A stretch of DNA of 63,775 bases, filler included, from Octopus bimaculoides (taxonomy: Eukaryota), in the NCBI RefSeq assembly GCF_001194135.2. It is 4 parts of 4 records of this genome, joined end to end, with 100 filler letters (N's around TTAATTAATTAA, not from the genome) between each part and the next. Parts side by side here need not be neighbours in the genome. Positions count along the whole stretch, not along the records: positions 42,961 to 61,587 come from NC_068982.1; positions 61,688 to 63,775 come from NW_026402940.1; 2 more parts are not named here. One strand, 5' to 3'. The stretch's first letter is position 1; each line of letters opens with the position of its first letter. The notes beneath the pieces are model-generated. The model worked only from the letters and a program-made list of their open reading frames with translations. It was not told where the DNA came from and did no database searches. This document shows positions 50,786-62,210 of this stretch, in pieces. Position numbers and translations under genes: made by a program.

Positions 50786-50848
50786 GACTAATCGCAGCAA
50801 TTTTTCAGTTCTGATTTAGTGATGTATGATATGAAGGCTGTCATTCTT

Positions 50849-50862
50849 CGTCGCGGTCACCA
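50849..50862 (-). promoter_or_regulatory. Primer-binding site complementary to the tRNA-Trp 3' end
   Basis: Minus strand reads ...TCTCGCTACA-TT-TGGTGACCGCGACG: an LTR-terminal CA, a 2-nt spacer, then 13/14 identity to the tRNA-Trp PBS TGGTGACCCCGACG. Confidence 0.8.
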
Positions 50863-50864
50863 AA

Positions 50865-51180
50865 TGTAGCGAGAATCTGTAGCAAATGAAGATAAGCGTG
50901 TTGGACGACATCAAAGGAAAACAATGAGGAAAGCATCGGAATATAGTTTAAATAATTAATATGATCAAAGCTTGCATTTACGTGTTGGATACACAAAGTT
51001 TGATTTACAATATCAATGAAGTTACCAACTGCTTCGAGTTGGTGAAGTAAAAATCAACAGGAGAAATAGTATGTCGATGTGATGAGATAGTATACGGCAT
51101 ATTTTGTGTCTGTGTGTGCGTTGGTCATTTGGTCGGGTCGTTTTTTTTCTCTGTCTTGCCTGTTTGTGTTCTGTGACTAC
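50865..51180 (-). mobile_element. 5' LTR of the gypsy fragment (far boundary unresolved)
   Basis: Begins TGTAGCGAGA on the + strand immediately beside the PBS. The distal end is a guess; no second LTR or TSD was found. Confidence 0.5.
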
Positions 51181-52502
51181 CACTGTGTTGTGCCGCCGGC
51201 CACTTTTCCATATCAGATTTAACTCATAATACAGTTTAAAGTTGTAAACTGAAGTTAATAGGAGAAACAATAGCTTGGGCGTTTAGTTATTTCAAGTAGT
51301 TAACAGTTGCAAGTAACATGCCAAGAATATTTAATTGTAGTTGTAATTTATTGTCTAAAGAATAAAAGCATGTCTGAATACAACATAAATGGTATTATTT
51401 TCAAACTGAAAGGTGAGTAATAAAAAAGAGGTATACATTACAATATTGTCAAAGAGGTGTTAAGGTTGTAGAAGCAAGTTTTATTTCTCAACCAAAGTCA
51501 ATTCCCGCCCGTCCGGACTTCAACAATGCACAAACTAATATATAAAAGAACCAGTTAAACTTGACATGGAAACTAGCCAAATAGGTTTATTTTAATAGCG
51601 TCAAACAAACGACTTCGTGACCGTCGAGGTTTATTTGGCTACGACATATTTTGAAAGTAAGTAGGACACAAATTAAACAATGCAAATTACACTGAGAACA
51701 TACTGGTGGTTAGCAGAAAGGAGTAGATAGAACCATATGGCCCTTGTAACTGAAAAATCGATCAGGAATTAGAAGCAATGGAATTCAGGACCCTTTCGTT
51801 CGACCACCACCCGACTAATTTCAATTTTTAAAATATCCGGTTGAATATATGTTGTCCCATCCGGGCATCAACTAAAGATTAATTCAATTAATCGATTTAG
51901 TTGATTCTACACCTCACTCTCGACAACAACGATTTAGTATCGACTCATGTAAACTCTGTTTTATAATTAATTTGGTTTCTTTATTAATGAAAAAATGTTT
52001 AATATAGGCACAGGTCTTCATATTTTTGAGGTCTCATATTAAATCAACCTTAGTCAGTATTTGAACTCGAACTTGTTTATCGATCCTATAATAATGATAG
52101 AGCGGTGTTGTGACAATAAATGAACTAGAGCACAGAACTAAATCCCAAGCCAGTAGTATTTAGCTTTGTCCCTCTATATCCTGAGTTTAAATCTAGTCAG
52201 TGTAAAAATTCGGTCGAATAAAATAAGTCATGTAATGACGGATATTCAACTGACTCTAATAGGCCTCTGAAGAGTTCACCGTACAGCACAATCTATATGC
52301 TTATATGGCTTCTCCTGTGCTTATGATGTGGGTGATATTTTCGGTGTGAAGTCCACAAAGTCTGCATCGGTTGTCAAATTTTACTGCTTTTCCTGCATCT
52401 CTATCCCTTTTGTGTATCAAGTGTATATTTAATTGCCTGTATATACTTTACTGTTCTATCCTTTAGAGTGTACTTCTTTCTCAGATATATAATCCCCTGA
52501 CA

Positions 52503-52548
<46 letters not shown>

Positions 52549-53346
52549 NNNNNNNNNNNNNNNNNNNNNNNNNNNNNNNNNNNNNNNNNNNNNNNNNNNN
52601 NNNNNNNNNNNNNNNNNNNNNNNNNNNNNNNNNNNNNNNNNNNNNNNNNNNNNNNNNNNNNNNNNNNNNNNNNNNNNNNNNNNNNNNNNNNNNNNNNNNN
52701 NNNNNNNNNNNNNNNNNNNNNNNNNNNNNNNNNNNNNNNNNNNNNNNNNNNNNNNNNNNNNNNNNNNNNNNNNNNNNNNNNNNNNNNNNNNNNNNNNNNN
52801 NNNNNNNNNNNNNNNNNNNNNNNNNNNNNNNNNNNNNNNNNNNNNNNNNNNNNNNNNNNNNNNNNNNNNNNNNNNNNNNNNNNNNNNNNNNNNNNNNNNN
52901 NNNNNNNNNNNNNNNNNNNNNNNNNNNNNNNNNNNNNNNNNNNNNNNNNNNNNNNNNNNNNNNNNNNNNNNNNNNNNNNNNNNNNNNNNNNNNNNNNNNN
53001 NNNNNNNNNNNNNNNNNNNNNNNNNNNNNNNNNNNNNNNNNNNNNNNNNNNNNNNNNNNNNNNNNNNTGTCAAAATATTTTCGTCGCTTTGAGACCGCGA
53101 CCTGTTCACTGACAAAATTCTGTGCTGCATCTGAGAAAGTAATAGTTAGTTCATGATATATATGTACATGTGTATGTATGTATGTATGTATGTATGTATG
53201 TATGTATGTATGTGCGCGTACATGTGTGCGCGTATGCATCTGTGTACATGCGTATGCATGTGTGCATGCCTATACACATGTATGTATATATGTATATATG
53301 TATGTATGTGAGTATGCACGTATGTACTTATGGATGTACGTGAGTA

Positions 53347-53404
<58 letters not shown>

Positions 53405-54188
53405 TTGTTTTGCAAAATTCCAGATGTACAATCATGTGTTGAAACACATACTGTTATACTTGGGGATGGTCATATTTTGCCAATTAAACACACTCATTAT
53501 ATATTTAAGCTTTACTTCAGCTTTATCATTATTTCTGTTACTTTGCCACATCCCGTAACCTCTTTCGTGGTTCTTTATCCCACGTGTGTCCTCTTGTTCT
53601 GCCTAGTCCATTTTGTCTTCTTTGGTATGTATCTTTATCAGTGTGTGCCTGTGTGTGTGTGTGTATGTGTGTGTGTGTGTGTGTGTGCTTGTGTGCGCAT
53701 TTCTAAGAGTTTAGTGTGTGTGTTTGCAACATAGGTACGAACAGTGTCGTAAGCAAACTTATACACACACACAAAGCACACATACTAAACAAAGGATATT
53801 ATTATTTAATTGAACGCCACGCATCCATTTCCAAGCAAGTTTATCTTAACCTTTTTGATGCGACTCTACTCTATACTGTTTTCTCCCCCACCCTTCTCTA
53901 ATTCCTTTTTCTCCCCTTTACGATTTTCTATCTGTCTCTCTCTCCTCATGTTTCTCTTTTTCTCTCTCTCGTTGTTAACACGTGACCATCGTCCATCTGT
54001 CTTTTCCTCCAGGACGTCCTAAGGACTGGACGTCTTTTACCTCACTCTTCTATCTTTTCTCTTTTCAAAGAAAATATTTCTCCCTGCGTTCGCTATTTTA
54101 CCCTCGTTCAGGTCTAACGACCCTCCATGTTTGTTTTGTTCGGTCTCCTTGTATGTCTCCACTGTCCTGCTTTTTTGTTCCCAAATTT

Positions 54189-54229
<41 letters not shown>

Positions 54230-54451
54230 NNNNNNNNNNNNNNNNNNNNNNNNNNNNNNNNNNNNNNNNNNNNNNNNNNNNNNNNNNNNNNNNNNNNNNN
54301 NNNNNNNNNNNNNNNNNNNNNNNNNNNNNNNNNNNNNNNNNNNNNNNNNNNNNNNNNNNNNNNNNNNNNNNNNNNNNNNNNNNNNNNNNNNNNNNNNNNN
54401 NNNNNNNNNNNNNNNNNNNNNNNNNNNNNNNNNNNNNNNNNNNNNNNNNNN

Positions 54452-55172
54452 TAATAAATATTAAAATAGTACAAATGACTACACGTGTTTCATAACTATA
54501 TTTTCAAATAGAAAATAAAATAAAAATCAAATCGATTCAAAATAAATCGATCGAAATCAATTCTATTCAAAAATATAGCTAATCTTCAGGTCAAAATACA
54601 ATAATAATAATAATAAAATGAATGTATATATATCGACTAACAATAAATATCAAATGAATTTATATAAAAATACGTATTTTACCAATAAATAAAAGAAAAA
54701 AACATTTAACAATATTACTGAAAATAAATGCAATACTTATCTTATCGAAGCTTTAGTTTAAACTAAAATTTTAAACGTTATACTTTTAACTTAGCGTTTA
54801 TTAGAATTAATTCGCGTGAAAGTATGGAGCAAAGAAAAGTAACAGAATAAAGAAATATATAAATATGTATTTAAGTTTTATTTATAAAATCAAAATTTAT
54901 TTTAGCTTTAATCATAATAAAAAATTAACTGTATTATAAACATTTATTGGAAATTTTAAAGTCTAAGTAATTTTAAAATCTAATAAATTAAACTAAAATA
55001 CGTAAATTAGATAATATACATGAAAGAAGCTAAAATACTATAAATATATATATGTACATTAAATAAATCAATTAAAATATTTATATTAATCGATTTGATT
55101 TTTATTTGATTTTCTATTTGAAAATATGGTTATGAAACACGTGTAGTCATTTTTGCTATTTTAATATTTATT
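54452..55172. other. Extremely AT-rich block bounded by ~85-bp inverted repeats
   Basis: 54452-54535 is the reverse complement of 55089-55172 with a few mismatches. Confidence 0.85.
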
Positions 55173-55413
55173 ACTTTGTACTTTTTGATTTTTGTTATAG
55201 GTCTTTTTAGTGTATTTACTTATTAAAATTTTCTACATGTGATTATGGATTTTTATGGATGAATTCAATAATTGTGTTTTTTTCCTCTAAATTATACATT
55301 TATATATTATATATTGTGAAATTTAATTTAATTTTAATTTTGATAAATTAAATTGGATTTTTCCCTGTAAATTTGGATTCTTATCTCTAATATTATTATC
55401 AATATTATATATA

Positions 55414-55469
<56 letters not shown>

Positions 55470-55539
55470 AATAATTCAAATTCTTTCAAGCAAACAGGTA
55501 CTTATTGTACCCTGACCTTTTATTATATATGTGTCCCTG

Positions 55540-56090
55540 TCATTTTTCTCTCGCCCTTTCTTAATTCTTTTGTCCTTCTGCCTCTACCTCTCTCTCCTCT
55601 CTTCCCACGTGACGGCGTTCGGCCAAGCTTGATCTTTCTTTCTTGGCTGGCCGTTGTGCGTGCAACATCGATATTCCTCCCTGTGCTTGTGAAATTTTGT
55701 ATCCCTGCCGTAAGGCTTTATTTCCACACACGCCAGAGTAATTTAATTCGTCCTTAGTCGAATGACACCTGTTGTTATGTCCTGTTATTATTTTTATTGT
55801 ATTTGTGTAACATTGTTCGTTTTTTTCCGTCCTTGTTTTTATATACATTCGTTGCTTTCTTCCAAGGAATCTAATGCTCTTAGCTTACTTTTTCCTTAGT
55901 GCTGGCCAGATTGGAACAATATCGAGTATAACCAGCCGAAATTGCAAAGATAATCTGGATCTCGACTGATGAAAGAAAACTCCGAATGACCTGTCCTTGT
56001 TTTCTTTGAATCGTCTATCTGGATGTTTTGTTGTTCCTTTCTTGTATCACCTAACTGTCTGGATGTTTTGCCTTCTTGTCCCATTTTATA
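55540..56090. mobile_element. Probable Penelope-like or other retroelement terminal fragments
   Basis: CpG-containing, repeat-like sequence between microsatellites, with a degenerate CTGATGA...CGAA...GTC motif at 55966-55995. Family assignment is inference only. Confidence 0.3.
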
Positions 56091-56232
56091 TTATTTATAC
56101 ACACANNNNNNNNNNNNNNNNNNNNNNNNNNNNNNNNNNNNNNNNNNNNNNNNNNNNNNNNNNNNNNNNNNNNNNNNNNNNNNNNNNNNNNNNNNNNNNN
56201 NNNNNNNNNNNNNNNNNNNNNNNNNNNNNNNN

Positions 56233-56267
<35 letters not shown>

Positions 56268-57539
56268 TAGATAGATAAAACTTATTTGGAAAAGGATGCG
56301 TGGCGTTCGATCATATAATAATATAAATAATATATAAACGTATGCATATATCCATACATATATGTACATACCTACATCTATATGTATACATACATGCATA
56401 TATGGGTACAGGACATCAAAAAAACTTTAAACACAATGAGAAACGAAAATATAAAACGAACTTTTTTTGAACAACGAAAAAACAGAGAAACGAGATATGC
56501 AACATAAATAGTATAGCCCTTCGTCAGTTACCCCTGTTCCATCTACTCCGCGTTTCGAAGGCAAATATATATATAATGTCTGTGTGTGTAGCTATGTTCC
56601 CGCGCGCGCACGTATATAATGCTGTTCTATATTCTCACCGTGATCTGTCAGGTTTGCAGACCTCACATAGAGCTATCAAAAGTTATTGATTAAACCAGAA
56701 TATTTTCATGAAGTTATTTGTGAAATAATAACTTGAGCAAAACCGGAAAATCACGTTCTTATCATGTGCAATACACTCTACTTATGACACTTTGTCATCA
56801 GCATTTAACGACAACCCACCCTCACCGTACATACATGCATGCATACATAATACATACATTCATTCATACATGCATACATACACACGCAAGCACACACACT
56901 CACACACACACGCACGCACGCACGCACACACACACATAAATATATATATGATTCTTTCGACTCTTCGTCGCCGTCGCCGCCGACGCCGCCGACGCCACCA
57001 CCACCACCACCACTACCACCACCGCCACCGTCATCATCATTGTTGTCGTCGTCGTCGTCATCATCGATGAATGCATAGGTGTATGTATACATACATGAAT
57101 TCTTTTTATACTATTCAAATATTTCGCTCTTCATTGACGAAGTTTCTTCCTTACCCCGCTCAGTGGTTACAATGCAAGTTCAACATGTCCGCAGTGGCAA
57201 TCTCTCCTTAACGGATCCAACAAAATAAACGTAAAGACATTTGTAAAAATCCTCGTTAAAATGTGTGCGTTCTCAGTTGGTAAATTTCCGCTACAATTTT
57301 CTCAGTCTTTTTCCATGTCTCCAAGCGAAACAAACAAAAGTAAAAATGAAAGTACAATGCAATATAAAATAAAACACCCAATGAGCAAGTCTTGATCAAA
57401 CTTACAAAAGACTCTTTATATTCCTGCTTGCTTATGCTGTTGCACTACGTTTGCACTGTACTTAATAAGTTGGCTAGCGACCAAGTCCAAACGACTATTA
57501 CTAGAACAGAAGATTAATTGAGTTTTCTACCTTCCCACA

Positions 57540-57600
<61 letters not shown>

Positions 57601-58122
57601 TTTATTAGTCTTGTTTACATGTAAGACCCTCACAACTACACACACACACATTTTTTGTTTTGTCCTGTGCTGTCCATAATGTTTTTCTTCATGTAAGCCC
57701 TCTTGGTTAATAAAGAAATCATTATTATTATTATTATTTCTCCTCCTGCTATCACTCTTCCCCGTACACGTTAGTCTACTTATTTAATTCTTCTACTCTC
57801 TCGATCCACCAATCTTTCTCCTGTTTCATATCTGTTTGTTTCTATTTCTTGTTTGTTATTTTCTTCCTTTCTTGTTCCCAGTCATTTTTCGACCCCTCCT
57901 CGCTTCGACATAACTGCTGCAATAATGGGAACAAATCTGTGTTAAGAGGCGAATAGAAGCGTATAGTGAGAGAGATGATGACAAATACTTGATAATATAG
58001 GTGTGGTTTGCTACTCAAGACTATATAGAGAATTCATTCTCAAATGTATATTTTATCGGTCATGAAATGGTGGAGATGGAGGGAGGGAGCTGAGAAAAGT
58101 AGAAAAGTAGTCAGACGAGAGA

Positions 58123-58188
<66 letters not shown>

Positions 58189-58352
58189 AGAAAGAAAGAG
58201 AGATAGAGAGAGAGGATGGAAGGAAGGGCGGATGCTTGTCCGAAACAGAATTATCCTGTTTCTAAATAAAAATTAAAGGGTTGGGCTACAATTATAAATG
58301 ATCGTTAATGAAAATAGGTCTGTTAAAAGAACAAGTGATATGTATAGCATAT

Positions 58353-58385
<33 letters not shown>

Positions 58386-59572
58386 CATGTCCACGAGCCA
58401 CCAGAAAGAGCTTGCAAAGAGTGGAAGGTAGAGATCTGAAAATGGGAGGAAGAGAGAGTGAGAGAGAGAGGGGGACAAGAAGAGCAAGAGAGAATGAGAC
58501 AGAGAGAAGGAGAGAGGGAGAGAAGGTGAAAGAAGGAGGAGAAAAACAAATAAACTGAGAAAGGGACTATAGCTGCTAACCTAGAGAAAGAGTATGTAAG
58601 ATGGGAGAGGAGACGGCTGGTATCTAATGGGTAGAATGGTTGTTGTGCTGGTTCTATAATAATTTCAGATTTAGGTGCAAGGTCAGAAGGGTTTAGTCAA
58701 TATCTTCGTCCCTAGTACTTGACTGGTACTTTATTATCCTGACCTGTGCGAGAGTTCTATAATGGAAATATTTTACACTAGCTGGTTTTGTCAATCTTAA
58801 AGAAACTGTTCGCCACAAAATCAGTGAGAGTCATTGCAAAAAAATGATTACTTTTTCCTTATTCTGTACAAGACTACACAACATGAAAATCAAGTCTTAA
58901 GAAGGTAAACCTACGAGTCAACGCTTATTGCTTATACATCTCTCCTAAGTTACAGAAAGTTCTGTTGCTATTGGTCCAAGTTTCGTAGGTAAAAATATAA
59001 AAATTATATGATATTCTATTTGGGTCGATGTTCGTTCTGATAGAATAATTTCTCTGTTTCGTTCGACAAAATTCAGTGTTTGATTCTTGTTACAGTCTGG
59101 TGACGGATTTAATTATGTTATGTCAATTGCTTACACGCATTCTCAGTTTTCACATTTTGTTCATTTTACCTTTTTCGTTTATTTTCTTTGATTTTTTTTT
59201 TCCTTTTTAGTGTAACCAGTAAGAATATTCCTCTCTGTAGTTCAGCAAATCATCAGTATTTTATAAGAATGAACATTTTTGGACCAATCCGACTTGGAAT
59301 GAACCTCGTTAGTAGTGTATACGTATGTATGTTATCCTTTTAGTTTTAATTATTTGACATCTTCCTGTGAAACATCTGGTTTCTAACAAAGTAACAAAAC
59401 TCCTTTCGTTAGAATCAACATAGTAAAAACATTGATGGATGTATGTACGTACGTATGTATGTATGTGTATGTATGTATGTATGTATGTATGTATGTATGT
59501 ATGTATGTATGGAATGTAATGTAATGAATGACTAATGCTAGAGAAGGAGCTGAGCATATTTGGCTTTGTCTG

Positions 59573-60545
59573 GGAAAATATGGATTTGGTAAAACCAACA
59601 GCAATGAACTGTATCCCCTGCACTTATGCAATGAATATAATCTGATATCGACAACACTTTCTTTCGTCAAAAAATCAAGTACAAATCTATATGAAGTGCT
59701 GGACTGATTATTGATTAGCAAGAACCAAGATCAGGCTTAAAATACGTTCCAAGTTTCAGCGCAAAGCAATTACACGCAAAAAGTTTGATGTGGGCAAATT
59801 CCAGTCAAAAGAAACTGACAGTCTTTAACTTTTAAACCAGGTAAATATTTTGAAGGATTTCAAAGAAAATATATACAACAGATTTGAGAAAACTCTGGGC
59901 GTTAGGAAACAGAAACATCAAGACTGGTTCGATGAAAATGATAAGGAAATTTGCATCTTGCTGGAGGAAAAACAAAGACTACAGGAAAGACACTTCTTGC
60001 AAATTTGTCTTCAGTCGATAAGGAGAAAGCTGTGGAAGCATTAAGAAAGATGAAAGATGAAATCCAAAGGTATTTGTGTGGCATCCAGAATACCTGGTGG
60101 GAAGAAAAAGCTCAAGCCCTTCAAAACGCACCATTTGCTAGAAATTCTAAGACAATATACCAGCCACTGAAAGGAATCTATGGGTCATGAGAGTCTTGTT
60201 AAGGCCAAGGATGGAAATAAGATCTTGAAGCAGCCAAATGAAATACAGGCTCAATGGAAGGAACACTACAGCGAGCTATTGACTAGGATGACAGAGATTG
60301 ATGAATCTGCGGCTGACGAACGATATTCAGCAGCTGCCATTAAAATAATGTCTAGATGAAACCCGAAATCAGAAAGAAGTCATCGCAGCCATAACACAAA
60401 CAAGCAATGGAAAATCACTAGGCATGGCCAGAAGAATACTTGCAGAGGCAAAAAAATGCGGAGGAGATAAGCTGAAACATATGTTGTACGAAGTTATCTC
60501 ACATAGGCAACATCTGAAAAGGCTTGGACATGTAGAGCACATGTC
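59573..60545 (+). mobile_element. Decayed RTE-clade (BovB-like) LINE with internal deletions
   Basis: Across frameshifts and stops: GKYGFGKTNSNEL (endonuclease end), KHQDWFDENDKEICILLEEK, WWEEKAQALQ...IYQPLKGIYGS, QWKEHYSELL, EVIAAITQTSNGKSLG, joined directly to the C-terminal RQHLKRLGHVEHM. Confidence 0.85.
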
Positions 60546-60596
60546 TGCATGCTTATAAATGTAAGCCCATGTACTTGTGTACGAAATAGATTATTA

Positions 60597-60950
60597 GTTG
60601 TTGTTTAACTCCAGGTCAGTCCTTATTGACCATGTCTGTGATTGGAGACGTTCCAGCCATGATCACCTTATTCCTTTCTCGTGCATAACCATAAGTATTC
60701 ATCCTTTTTAAAGATGACAGGGTGTGATATGAGGGAAAGGTGGTTGCTATTGCTAGCGTAGTTTGAGAAGATCTATAATCAAAGGCATTGCAACCATGAC
60801 CAGTTCATTTTCCTCTCGGCCATTACGTATCTTGGACTACATTATTCTATGTGTTTCTCCATTCTCTAGACGTAGGGTGTAATTTGAAGGAATTTTGGAT
60901 GCTTGATGCTTTTTCCGGCAGGTCGAGCGATCGCGTACAGGTTCCATTGT
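60597..60950. repeat. Interspersed repeat in two tandem diverged units (fragment also at about 39075-39110)
   Basis: TTCCAGCCATGATCA / TTGCAACCATGACCA / TTCCGGCCATGATCATCCC motifs, and a repeated AGGGTGT.AT.TGA.GGAA segment. Confidence 0.5.
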
Positions 60951-61244
60951 TGGCTCGCCCTTAATGATATGATCTTATGCCGTCATTAAATATTCTACTT
61001 GCTAGTCTATAAAAGAAGGTCAAAATTCGTGAGCCGACGGAGAAAACCAGGACAGGATCGTTTGTTATTGTTGTCGGTTAATATCTGGTGATAGACCAAG
61101 TGCTGTGAAATAAGAATTAGCTTTCAATAAACCGATTCAATCAGTTTTGATGTCTTATTTCATTTCACTTAATCATTAATAGAGAAGGACACCAGCGTTA
61201 CACGACCTTAGTTCCAATATCCTGTAAATTTGAAACCTTCTGTA

Positions 61245-61490
61245 AATAATAATAATGATTAATTCTGGTTTTATTGGCCACAAGGGCTAATATAAATTAA
61301 AAACATGTAAGGACAAAGACAGGACGAATGTTACAAAGGGTTTTGTCCGAAAAGAAAACGTTCGTGTAAACAGTGAGGAAAACAGAGAAAGATATAACAA
61401 ATAAGACTCCCAATAGAGGGAGGCGCTTCGAAAGGTTAAACGTGGAAAAACCAATAAAAGCCACGGGGCTTTATCAATAAAAATATCTAT
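61245..61490 (-). mobile_element. LINE-like 3' end with (ATT)n tail; similar + strand end at 57651-57738
   Basis: Minus strand ends TAGCCCTTGTGGCCAATAAAACC...ATTATTATT; 57695-57738 reads AAGCCCTCTTGGTTAATAAAGAAATC(ATT)n. Confidence 0.5.
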
Positions 61491-61687
61491 AAAACAAGTT
61501 TGCTGTGGTAATCTAGCCTCTTAGCATTTAAGCCGGTCCTATCCGACCTAAATATTCTAACTATTTTATGTTCAAATAGGCCTGATCNNNNNNNNNNNNN
61601 NNNNNNNNNNNNNNNNNNNNNNNNNNNNNNNTTAATTAATTAANNNNNNNNNNNNNNNNNNNNNNNNNNNNNNNNNNNNNNNNNNNN

Positions 61688-61855
61688 GCTGTTCACTTTC
61701 CCGTAACTTAGTAGTTGGGCAAAAGTATCCGATAGAATAAGTACTAGGCTTAGAAAGATATAAAGTCCTGGAGTCGATTTGTTCGGCTAAAATACTTTAA
61801 GGTTGTCCTCCAGCATGACCACAGTCAAATGTCCGACACTAATAAGAGGTAAAAC
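61688..61855 (+). mobile_element. SINE family A, 3' half
   Basis: CCCGTAACTTAGTAGTTGGGCAAAAG...CCGATAGAATAAGTACTAGGCTT...CCAGCATGACCACAGTCAAATG. Confidence 0.8.
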
Positions 61856-61884
61856 ATATAATTAAACAAATATCGCATCGTCTT

Positions 61885-62210
61885 CATGTATCGTACACTT
61901 GCAGCGCATTGACGAAACTACAATGAAAGTCTACTCGAATAAGTGTGAGTCTCCAGCTGTCTTGTCACTCTTCTCCAAATAGCTCCTGATATTCTCCATC
62001 AACTGCGTTCAGACTCTGCCTCTTGATCTGATAGCCTACACCCGTCCTTCCATGGTAATGTTTTCCAGATCTCTGCTTCTTCGAAAATGAACATAATGAG
62101 CTTTTGTTTTTTCACAATATTCAAGAGTTGCTTTCTTTCACCTGATACCCTATGTTGAAATAGGTTGGTATTTTCACCTGATACTATACGTTGAAATAGG
62201 TTGGTAATCA
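61885..62210 (-). mobile_element. RTE-clade LINE 3' end fragment, with a 36-bp tandem duplication at 62136-62207
   Basis: TNLFQHRVSGERKQLLNIVKKQKL then, after a frameshift, RRSRDLENITMEGRV*AIRSRGR. These resemble the RTE C-terminal TNEEVL..RQLL..IKKRKL and LE...MEG.V.GKRSRGR motifs. Confidence 0.7.

Noticed and set aside
55201-55345. TTC, TCC, TTG in the order of mitochondrial trnE-trnG-trnQ anticodons
   Set aside because: Spacing is short, anticodon stems do not pair, and such triplets are common in T-rich DNA; left to BLAST.
56505-56560. Hammerhead half-motifs (CGAAACGCG then CTGACGAAGGG on the minus strand)
   Set aside because: The order and stems do not assemble into a type I, II or III fold.
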